From Oscillospiraceae bacterium (GTDB lineage: Bacteria > Bacillota > Clostridia > Oscillospirales > Ruminococcaceae), in the NCBI GenBank assembly GCA_017427265.1, contig JAFRTG010000031.1:30303-94302 (forward strand): 64,000 nucleotides of DNA, written 5' to 3'. Of this stretch, positions 55,721-63,675 are shown piece by piece. The position numbers and the translations under genes were made by a program. Position 1 is the first letter of the stretch; every line of letters begins with the position of its first letter. Below the pieces are notes generated by a model that had not been told where the DNA came from, did not search any database, and saw only the letters and a list, made by a program, of their open reading frames with translations.

Positions 55721-56059
55721 TTAGCCGAACAGGTTGAACATCGAGGAAGCTGCGCACAGTGCCGCAACAACAAAACCAGCAACCATTGTAATCAGACCGG
55801 ACTGCTTGCGCTCTGCATCATCATTCTTGATTGCGAGGGCGAACATAATGCCGCCAACGAAAGCGACCATCATACCAACGCGGCGAATCCATGTGATGAA
55901 GAATTCAATAGTGGACCGGTATGCTGCTTCAGCACCAGTACCACCGCCGCCACCACCGGCAGCAGATGCAACAACGGTGCAGACTGCCATCATCAGGGCA
56001 GCGGCTGCGACGGACACAAAGAGCTTCGCGCCCTTGTTTTTCTTCGTAGAAAGTTTCAT
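55721..56059 (-). CDS. Maff2/VirB2-like small membrane protein with signal peptide
   Basis: 112 aa. Signal-like N-terminus, Gly run, two TM helices around AIKNDDAERK. Confidence 0.65.
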   Translation of the reverse strand: MKLSTKKNKGAKLFVSVAAAALMMAVCTVVASAAGGGGGGTGAEAAYRSTIEFFITWIRRVGMMVAFVGGIMFALAIKNDDAERKQSGLITMVAGFVVAALCAASSMFNLFG

Positions 56060-56080
56060 GAGAATACCTCTCTTTCATAA

Positions 56081-58888
56081 TCAGGACATGATTGATTCCA
56101 TGTCATCGTCATACAAAGCATCATCGGAGATCAATGTGCTTGTTCGCGGATAGTGCGGGGATGTTTCTGTTGTGACAGACACAGCAGCTTCAATGCTGTC
56201 AACAGTCAGCTCAGCTTCGGCAAGCGGTTCTTCATCGGGGATGCCGTAATGCTGTGTGTCATCTGGTTCTGTCACGGGGGGAATCTCGACTTCTTCATCT
56301 GTATCACCGTCCTCTCTTTCTTTGATAGGCTCACCGAAATCATCTGATCTTAAAGGATCAGGGACGCCGAATTCCGTTTTGCCTTCACTATACTTTACTT
56401 CACCACTCGTGACCGAAATCTGCTGTTTGGTTTCTTCCAAGTAATCAGCAGCTTCTTCGTATGATGAAGGTAGTACCATATCTGCGGACACGGAAACCGT
56501 ATCTGCTTGCTTAAAGATTGTCTTGACCTTTTCAGGTTCCTTCTCCGGCTCTGTATTCGCTGTACTGCCGGTATCAGGGTTGTTACTTGTGTCAACTTTC
56601 TGGTGTTTTGCTTTCTGTTCCGCTTCAAATTCCTCGACCGTGACAGAATGTACCTTTGATACATCAAATGGCGGAAGAATATCACCGGAATCACCGAGAT
56701 ATTTATAATTCGGATGCTGTTCAATCGGGTATTTCGTACAGTAAAACGGATTGTGCGAACGAATCATGACAATACAGTCGCTGATCGGCATAGTCGAAAG
56801 CTCATTTGGCTGCATCAGTTCACGACCGAGAATGCTGTTATTCTCCGATGTGCTGGACTGTCTGCCTTTTGTGCGGTTTGTCCCGCGCACATCAATCGTT
56901 TCCTTTCCGAGCTGTTCGGAAATAGATTTCAGCGTGCTTTCTTCTTTTCCGCCGAGAAAGATCGTTGTATCGCAGTTACCGGTGATGACTTCCCATGTCT
57001 TTTCGTACCGCGCTTTGAGCTGCGCGATATTCTGAATGATAACATTCAGGCTCATACCCATAGAACGGACAAAAGCAATGACCTTGTCGAAGTCTGGAAT
57101 TTGTCCGATATTGGCGAATTCGTCCATGATGCAACGCACATGAACGGGAAGCACGCCCTTGTGTACGAAGTTCGCTCGATTTGAAAGCGTGTCAAAAAGC
57201 TGCGTATACATCATAGCAGCCATGAAGTTATAGGTTGCATCAGTTGCAGAAATGATGATGAACAGCGCGGTCTTTTCGTCACCCAGCGTTTCAAGATGAA
57301 TATTATCGCAGCAAGTGAGATTGCGCAGATTCTTCAAATTGAAAGTGAATGTATTGACATTCGCGCTGGACAGGAAGCTCTGTCCGGTTTCTTCCGGCGC
57401 ATTACGCACTTCCTTATACAAGCGAATTGCCAGCGAATCCGGCTTGCGTCTTGCCAGCTCAAGAAAGTCCTTGTCCAGATCACAAAGGAATGCTTTTGCG
57501 CGTCGTGCTTCAAAGTCAGCTTCCGATTCTCCTGCATTGGGTGAGAGGAAATAACCGTCAGGCAACTGACTTCCACGCGGCGGGTATTGCAGACGGCGCA
57601 TCTTTTCCGTGACTGAAAAGAAATTCAAATGTGATTCATCGCGGGTTTTCGGAATAATCAGACCGTTTGAATCCTTTTCTGCATTGTATTCCGATTCTTC
57701 AAACAGCAGGAAGATGATTGCTTGCAGCATTGACTGACCTTTTTTAGACCAGAAATCTTCCTTTTCTCCGTCTTTCTTTGTTGCTGAAAACAGCACATTG
57801 ACCATCTTATTGACATTATCCTCGCTGACCTGTCCGTGTTCATCGTAGACATAATGGAACGGATTGTAGTTGTTTGAATGCTCCATCTGAATCAGATTGA
57901 ATACGCGCACCTTATAACCGGCGGCGCGGAGCATTTCGCCGCAGCTTTGGAGTATTTCGCCCTTCGGATCGGTAATAACATAGCTCGTATTGAGCTGCAT
58001 AATGTTTGGCTTCGCGTAAAAGCGCGTTTTACCCGAACCGGAACCGCCGATAATCAGAACATTGAAGTTCAGCAAGTGCTGTTTTGCATTCAGGGATAGG
58101 AAAACCTCTTTTGTCAGCAGAATGTTGTTGTCCACCATAACGCCCATAAAGTTTCCGTCTTTATCGTAAACACGGTGACTGTCCGGCGATACGGCGTGAA
58201 TTGTTTGCGTCCCGTCTTTATCCGTGCTGATCTCGTCAATCACACACCGCCGACCGACACAATCCTGATCGGGATGCTCTGTGATTTTCAGTTCCATGCC
58301 GATACGCAGCTTATCAGAGTTGCTACTTGTGTCAACTTTTTCAGCTTCCGGTTCGGCATTCAATATGCGGAACGAAATGACAAGCTGCTTTTTATCGGAA
58401 ATCAGGGTATAAACCCCGTTATCGTATTTCCAGTTATCAGGTTTGCCCCATTCAGCTTGGAATTCAAAGGTATCAAATGCTTTGATCGGCTGGATTTTTC
58501 GAGGAGCCGGATCAGCAAGTTTCTTCATTTCCTTATCGTCACCCCATTTTGCTGAACCGTGTTCAGTTCCGCGACGGTGCAGCCGCTTGGCTTCGTTGCT
58601 ATACTTGTATAGAGCAAGAATGCCGATAACTGCTGCACCAAGAAACAGCATTTTCGGGATGTAGCTGTTCTTATCTGCAAGATGTTTGAATATGAAAGAG
58701 GGATGCGAAAGAATATACTGAAATCCCTTGCTCAATCGTGAAAACACGATATGACCGCTCTGATCTACCGAACAGTCCATTGCACCGCCCAGCAGGATAC
58801 AGCCGATTAAAGCAACAACGCCGATTATGCAATAGATAATCAGCGTCGTTTTGTCGATTTTCGGTTTTGGTTTCGGAGGACTCGGCAT
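56081..58888 (-). CDS. VirD4/TraG-family type IV coupling protein
   Basis: 935 aa. Two N-terminal TM helices, HGSAKWG, Walker A GGSGSGKT, long acidic C-terminal tail ending DDMESIMS. Start overlaps the upstream stop (TAATG). Confidence 0.88.
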   Translation of the reverse strand: MPSPPKPKPKIDKTTLIIYCIIGVVALIGCILLGGAMDCSVDQSGHIVFSRLSKGFQYILSHPSFIFKHLADKNSYIPKMLFLGAAVIGILALYKYSNEAKRLHRRGTEHGSAKWGDDKEMKKLADPAPRKIQPIKAFDTFEFQAEWGKPDNWKYDNGVYTLISDKKQLVISFRILNAEPEAEKVDTSSNSDKLRIGMELKITEHPDQDCVGRRCVIDEISTDKDGTQTIHAVSPDSHRVYDKDGNFMGVMVDNNILLTKEVFLSLNAKQHLLNFNVLIIGGSGSGKTRFYAKPNIMQLNTSYVITDPKGEILQSCGEMLRAAGYKVRVFNLIQMEHSNNYNPFHYVYDEHGQVSEDNVNKMVNVLFSATKKDGEKEDFWSKKGQSMLQAIIFLLFEESEYNAEKDSNGLIIPKTRDESHLNFFSVTEKMRRLQYPPRGSQLPDGYFLSPNAGESEADFEARRAKAFLCDLDKDFLELARRKPDSLAIRLYKEVRNAPEETGQSFLSSANVNTFTFNLKNLRNLTCCDNIHLETLGDEKTALFIIISATDATYNFMAAMMYTQLFDTLSNRANFVHKGVLPVHVRCIMDEFANIGQIPDFDKVIAFVRSMGMSLNVIIQNIAQLKARYEKTWEVITGNCDTTIFLGGKEESTLKSISEQLGKETIDVRGTNRTKGRQSSTSENNSILGRELMQPNELSTMPISDCIVMIRSHNPFYCTKYPIEQHPNYKYLGDSGDILPPFDVSKVHSVTVEEFEAEQKAKHQKVDTSNNPDTGSTANTEPEKEPEKVKTIFKQADTVSVSADMVLPSSYEEAADYLEETKQQISVTSGEVKYSEGKTEFGVPDPLRSDDFGEPIKEREDGDTDEEVEIPPVTEPDDTQHYGIPDEEPLAEAELTVDSIEAAVSVTTETSPHYPRTSTLISDDALYDDDMESIMS
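56579..56596 (+). repeat. ICE 18-nt motif, copy 8 (GTTGTTACTTGTGTCAAC)
   Basis: Inside the T4CP C-terminal tail, read as VDTSNN. Confidence 0.85.
58319..58336 (+). repeat. ICE 18-nt motif, copy 9 (exact)
   Basis: Inside the T4CP N-terminal insertion, read as VDTSSN. Confidence 0.9.
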
Positions 58889-61206
58889 TATCTTCTCGCC
58901 CCCATTGATTGCGGCGGAAGGTCAGGCAGCGGCATTTCGGGCAGCGGCATTTCGGGCAGCGGCGCATCAGATGCAGCGGCTGCACCGAAACCGGCGGCTG
59001 CTTCATTCAGAACATTTCCTTCCGGATGTGCTTCATGACCGTTTCCGAATGCTTCGGCAACACTTTCGGCGGCAGCTTCTTCGCTGGTTGGCACGACTTC
59101 CTCATCACCGTCAATCAGGTCAAGCACATCGTAGTTTTCCGGATGTACTTCTTTATCGGCTGCAAGATATTCGTCGTATGCTTCCTGCGATTCAAAGACC
59201 AGCACATCACCTTTAATGCCTTGTTGATCTGCAAATTCCTGTACTTTCGATACATCAGTTGTTTCAGGCAGACTGCCTGATTTATTCGCCCCGTTATAGG
59301 TTGCTGCGGAATGATTGCCGTCATCACCGTTGTAAATATACATAGTCTTTTTTGGTTCATCTGCACTGCACACGAAGATGAATTCCTGTTTGCGCTCATC
59401 CATTTGCTTCACTGCATTATTGATGTTTGTCCGTGTCTGCTGCGCGGCTTCTACACGATCTCTTGCAGTATCCTGTTTGATTTCCTCTGCTTTCTCCACG
59501 ATCACTTCGGCGGTTTCTGCCGGAACACCAAATTCCTCAGCGATTTTGCTTGCAGCCGCCTGTTTGTCGGCAGTCGATACTTCCGCAGACTGTGTGCCAT
59601 AGGCAACCGTCATAGCCTTTTCCCGTACTTCCTGAATCTGAATTGGCTTCTCCGGATTCTGCATTTCGGCTTTTTTGAATACTTCCTTTGCCATTTGCTT
59701 TGCGACATGAGCCGGTACGCCCTGCGCTTCGTACATCTCCCGAAGCTGCTGCAACGATGATTTCTTGTCTGAAAAGGAAAGGACAAGCTGCTGCTTGTCA
59801 TGTAGTTCGTGATCGACACCGTTTGCATCCGTTTCAATCGCCGTGACCGTGCTGTCAACACGAAAAAAGTCTTTTTCGGTTCTGGTAATTTCGCTGTTCA
59901 TGCTGCTGACCGGCAGCTTTCTGGAAGAAATCGTATTGCCTTCTTCATCGGTCTTGCGTAAGCCCATAGTATTCCGCACATCCGAAAGATCGAAATCGCT
60001 CTTTTTGAATGTATACTCTGCGGTATGAGCTTCACTTTGCGCATGGAAGGAGGCAATACTTTCCGCTTTGTGAATCAGCGCATCCTGCACCTTTCTGTCC
60101 GTTAAGCCGAGCTGTTCATTCAGAACATTACGCATCTGCCGCCGTGTCATCTTCTCCGGTTCAAGCACGGCAAATTCGCCGTTGTCGTTCTGGAATACAA
60201 TACGCGGTCTTTCGTCAGCCTTCGGTGTCACGCGCCAGCACTGATATTCCTTGCAGACGGAATCCTCGCCCTCGACCATGATGTTCGCATCGACCTGTTT
60301 GAATTCCTGCTGTGCGCTGTCCGAGAAGAATTTTGCTTTTTGATCGCCGGTCAGCATTTCCTCACCGAATCGTGCAGCAGCGATTTTTGATTGAATATCA
60401 TCGTAACCGAATGCCTTTTGCATATTCTCCGCCAGTGTTTTCTTATCCGGAATCTCGTCAAAGGAAATCTCCTTGCCTGTTTTCAGGTTTTTGATTGTAA
60501 TGAATCCCGCTTCATCCCGATCAAATGCAAGATTGCTCTTGACTTCGCTGCACTGTCGGACAAATGTATCTCTGGTAAGTTCAATCGCCTTACGGTCTTT
60601 CTTTTCAAAGACGCAAAGGTTCTTCCCGTCACTTGTCTGGATGAATTGTGCGGAAAGATCATTTTTGTTCAGATGTGCGGTCAGGAACGGAATCTCCCAT
60701 GCTTCGCAATGGAAATTCCCCAGCTCCTGCGGACGCTCTGCAATCTTCGATTTCATCAGCTCCGTGCAAATCTGCTTGAACAGCGGCAAATCAGCGGTAC
60801 GGACGCTTGCAAAGATATTATCCTTGCTTCTTTCGTTAGAAAACGCAACCGGAATGCCGTATGCCTTTGCTTTCTTTGCGATAAACTTCATATCCTCTTT
60901 TGTCAGCGCATTTTCTGACATAGACAGCGTATCGCCGATAGCTTTTGCATTGTCCCGCAGCGTTTTCATCTCGACGCGACCGGTCTTAATATCCGTTAGA
61001 TCGGTGCTTTTCACTTCGGGAGTATGCTCGTTCGCATTCGCTCGTGTCTGATTATTGGAATTGTTGCCGCGATCTCGGCTGCGCCCCAGCTCGGCGAATA
61101 ACCGCATCAGAGCATCAAACAGTTCCTTCGCAGCGTGTGCTGCAACATCTGCGCCCTTCTGGACGATTTGTAGGGTAACGCCAGTTACATCATCGGACAT
61201 ATTCAT
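58888..61206 (-). CDS. PcfB/DUF3801-like protein with a long C-terminal extension
   Basis: About 772 aa. ATG 61206 is 8 nt after AAAGGAGG (the track start 61212 is too close to the SD). The N-terminal 130 aa resemble PcfB (from memory), and the gene sits directly upstream of the T4CP as in pCF10. C-terminal PLPEM repeats. Confidence 0.65.
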   Translation of the reverse strand: MNMSDDVTGVTLQIVQKGADVAAHAAKELFDALMRLFAELGRSRDRGNNSNNQTRANANEHTPEVKSTDLTDIKTGRVEMKTLRDNAKAIGDTLSMSENALTKEDMKFIAKKAKAYGIPVAFSNERSKDNIFASVRTADLPLFKQICTELMKSKIAERPQELGNFHCEAWEIPFLTAHLNKNDLSAQFIQTSDGKNLCVFEKKDRKAIELTRDTFVRQCSEVKSNLAFDRDEAGFITIKNLKTGKEISFDEIPDKKTLAENMQKAFGYDDIQSKIAAARFGEEMLTGDQKAKFFSDSAQQEFKQVDANIMVEGEDSVCKEYQCWRVTPKADERPRIVFQNDNGEFAVLEPEKMTRRQMRNVLNEQLGLTDRKVQDALIHKAESIASFHAQSEAHTAEYTFKKSDFDLSDVRNTMGLRKTDEEGNTISSRKLPVSSMNSEITRTEKDFFRVDSTVTAIETDANGVDHELHDKQQLVLSFSDKKSSLQQLREMYEAQGVPAHVAKQMAKEVFKKAEMQNPEKPIQIQEVREKAMTVAYGTQSAEVSTADKQAAASKIAEEFGVPAETAEVIVEKAEEIKQDTARDRVEAAQQTRTNINNAVKQMDERKQEFIFVCSADEPKKTMYIYNGDDGNHSAATYNGANKSGSLPETTDVSKVQEFADQQGIKGDVLVFESQEAYDEYLAADKEVHPENYDVLDLIDGDEEVVPTSEEAAAESVAEAFGNGHEAHPEGNVLNEAAAGFGAAAASDAPLPEMPLPEMPLPDLPPQSMGARR

Positions 61207-61239
61207 TTGCATTTCCTCCTTTGTTTTTCAGCAGGGTAT

Positions 61240-61275
61240 AAGAAAAGCTCCGGTAAGGAATACCAGAGCTTTCTT
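61240..61275 (-). terminator. intrinsic terminator after the lipoprotein gene
   Basis: On the minus strand, AAGCTCTGG-N9-CCGGAGCTT followed by TTCTTAT. Confidence 0.5.
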
Positions 61276-61297
61276 TCACATATTCAGTTTTCGGAAA

Positions 61298-61315
61298 GTT
61301 GACACAAGTAGCAAC
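61298..61315 (-). repeat. ICE 18-nt motif, copy 10 (exact, the only inverted copy)
   Basis: Intergenic, between the lipoprotein stop and its terminator. Confidence 0.9.
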
Positions 61316-61330
61316 TTTTCTGAAAAGGAA

Positions 61331-62455
61331 TCAGGAAACCGTTGACTTGTAATCATAGAGATCGACGCGCTGAGTTACAACTTCATTGAACAGCGTATCC
61401 AGATCAGCGTAGCCGATATAATTCAGACCGTTATGCTCAAAGGTTGTTCCCCAAGTCGTTCCTAATGCAACAGTCCCGACTGGTTTCATTGCTTCTGCAA
61501 GATTAAACGAGCAAGTGCCGTCGCTCAAGATCATTACATTGCCGTATTCGACATATGAGTAATACGAAAAGTCTTTTGCCTTGACTTCGTAGACATACAC
61601 CAAAACATTATTGGTATTCTGCACATACCCTTCCTTTGTGGTGAGCAGATAGTTTCCGAGAAGTGTAATACCGTCCAGATCAGCGGGATTATCCCAATAG
61701 GAAGCAATTTCTGCTTCAATCAGATCACTGCCGTTCTTTTTCATCTTCTCACTTGCATCTGCCGGAAGATCATCCAGTGACTTGAGGTAGGAATCCAGTC
61801 CATCGACTTTGTATTCGTGTTCCGTTTCGGTCAAACGGTATCCCGCAGATAAACAGGCTTCCTCAGTACCTTTAATCACCGAAACCTTTACCGTGTCCCC
61901 GACATTCAGACCGTCACGCGGCGAAATTTCAAAGCTGATATTCATCGGCAGATTCAGATCGGCAAGTGCAGAATTATCAATCATAGCAGAAGCGTTCGGA
62001 GCTGTACCGGTGTATTGCAGCTTGATACTGTCAAACACATTCAATTCAACGACTTCCTGCAAGCCGGAAACGGTCATCTCAACATCTTCTGTTTCAAACT
62101 TAACCTTATAATCTGATTCCAGCGTCTTGAAATTGGAAGTGTCCCATGTGAATTTAATTGTATCACCGTTTGACAGTTCTTCTGCCTTGTCATAATCGGC
62201 TTTCATATTGTTCTTGAGTTTTTCCAGAACAGCCTGATATTCCATGACGGAATATCCTTCTTTCAGTCCGAATGCCTGATAGTTGTCTTTCACGAGCTGT
62301 CCGAGATCAACATTCCATCCTGCATATCCGTTTCCGTCATACCCGTTGACTTCTGTGGTAAGATAGTTGTTGACATTGATCTCTGTTCTGCCGCAGCCGG
62401 TCAACAAGCAGCACATGACGGATGCGACTGTAACTACAATAGGTTTTACTTTCAT
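61331..62455 (-). CDS. lipoprotein
   Basis: 374 aa from ATG 62455 after AGGAGG. Signal peptide with lipobox LLTGC. Confidence 0.75.
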   Translation of the reverse strand: MKVKPIVVTVASVMCCLLTGCGRTEINVNNYLTTEVNGYDGNGYAGWNVDLGQLVKDNYQAFGLKEGYSVMEYQAVLEKLKNNMKADYDKAEELSNGDTIKFTWDTSNFKTLESDYKVKFETEDVEMTVSGLQEVVELNVFDSIKLQYTGTAPNASAMIDNSALADLNLPMNISFEISPRDGLNVGDTVKVSVIKGTEEACLSAGYRLTETEHEYKVDGLDSYLKSLDDLPADASEKMKKNGSDLIEAEIASYWDNPADLDGITLLGNYLLTTKEGYVQNTNNVLVYVYEVKAKDFSYYSYVEYGNVMILSDGTCSFNLAEAMKPVGTVALGTTWGTTFEHNGLNYIGYADLDTLFNEVVTQRVDLYDYKSTVS

Positions 62456-62489
62456 AATGTACCTCCTGTTCGGAATAGATTGCACTATG

Positions 62490-62518
62490 ATTATAGCACA
62501 ATTTTCTGTGCTTGTCAA
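62490..62518 (-). promoter_or_regulatory. consensus promoter with a dyad spacer (twin of 18128-18156)
   Basis: On the minus strand, TTGACA-AGCACAGAAAATTGTGC-TATAAT, about 28 nt upstream of the lipoprotein start. Overlaps the last codons of the exonuclease gene. Confidence 0.65.
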
Positions 62519-63492
62519 TCAGATGCAAACGGCAGTTCCTGCATCTTCTGATAACAATACAGGGTAGCGCGACAGTCTGCCAAGCTGTCATGCGCGGAAT
62601 CCTCGCCCCAATCATAACCATAATAATCGGCACATACTGTTAGCTTTTGCCATTTGTAGCTGCCGTAATTCTCCTTGTACTCGCCATAGATCGGAGCGAA
62701 ATCCTCCGTTACATCAACTACCGGTGTATGTTCCGGCAGTATTGCGCCGACTGCTTTTAACATCCGCAAATCAAATTGCGTGTTATAGCCGATTACGCGG
62801 TCAGCACCTTGCAGAATTGCGATGATCTCCGGCAGTTTGTCGTAGATACACGGCTTATCCGCGACCATTTCCGGCGTGATATGATTGACTGCCATTGCCC
62901 TTTCCCATGACTTAGCGAACAGCGGTTTGAAATATTCGTTGAACAATACCTCGCCGTCCTGATTGATAATTGAAAGCTGGAGTATTTCCGCGCCGTCATC
63001 AGGGGATAAGCCTGTTGTTTCGGTATCCAGTGTGATTGACGCTGATTTAATCGGCGTTACATCAAAAGCAGGAAGTTCCACTCTGAAAAGAGAATAAAGC
63101 GGGACAGTTCCTTTCAGCCGCCGGTATTCTCGGACAGCGAATCGTGACGCTGTGCATATCGCTTTTATCAGCTCGTCATCGCTGCCCTGATGCGCATTCA
63201 GGAAATTGGTCATCGGAGCAATATCACGCTCGATCTTCTCGCGCTTCATTTTGCGCAGTTCCTTTGCACGAGCTGATTTTGCCGCCTTAATCGGCTTCCA
63301 GTATGCTTCCAACTCGGAGTCGGTTGCCTGATGTACCTGATTTGGCATAAAGTAGATACTTTTGACCTTGCGCATTCCGTTCGTCCACATTTCCTCGCCG
63401 GTCACGCCTTCATTTATGACATACCCGCGTATAGCCCATGTTCTTTCAGTTCGCGGTTGGTTCTCTTTCGGCAGATACGAAGCAACTTTCAT
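62515..63492 (-). CDS. DEDDh 3'-5' exonuclease (DnaQ-like) with an N-terminal extension
   Basis: 325 aa. ExoI LDTETTG, ExoII YNTQFDLRML, ExoIII HDSLADC. SD AGGAGGTG. Confidence 0.8.
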   Translation of the reverse strand: MKVASYLPKENQPRTERTWAIRGYVINEGVTGEEMWTNGMRKVKSIYFMPNQVHQATDSELEAYWKPIKAAKSARAKELRKMKREKIERDIAPMTNFLNAHQGSDDELIKAICTASRFAVREYRRLKGTVPLYSLFRVELPAFDVTPIKSASITLDTETTGLSPDDGAEILQLSIINQDGEVLFNEYFKPLFAKSWERAMAVNHITPEMVADKPCIYDKLPEIIAILQGADRVIGYNTQFDLRMLKAVGAILPEHTPVVDVTEDFAPIYGEYKENYGSYKWQKLTVCADYYGYDWGEDSAHDSLADCRATLYCYQKMQELPFASD

Positions 63493-63670
63493 TCAAACTT
63501 TTCACCTCCTGCATCTCACATTCGTTTGTCAGTTGATTATAGATCAATTCCAGCCTGCACGCGAACGCCTTGCCATAGCTGGGCGTTCCGTATTTTACTT
63601 TTTCCATATCCATGCCCATTTCAGACGCATAATCTGATAATGTTTTGAAACCACCGCCAGCTTCATCCAT
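63446..63670 (-). CDS. hypothetical small protein
   Basis: 74 aa from the ATG after AAAGGAG. Its 3' end overlaps the exonuclease start by 47 nt, so the call is tentative. Confidence 0.4.
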   Translation of the reverse strand: MDEAGGGFKTLSDYASEMGMDMEKVKYGTPSYGKAFACRLELIYNQLTNECEMQEVKSLNESCFVSAEREPTAN

Positions 63671-63675
63671 CGCCT

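Noticed and set aside
61055-61345. 96-aa plus-strand ORF ending in KVDTSSNFSEKE across motif copy 10.
   Set aside because: It is antisense to the PcfB-like gene start and has no SD. The frame is open only because the motif lacks stops in that frame.
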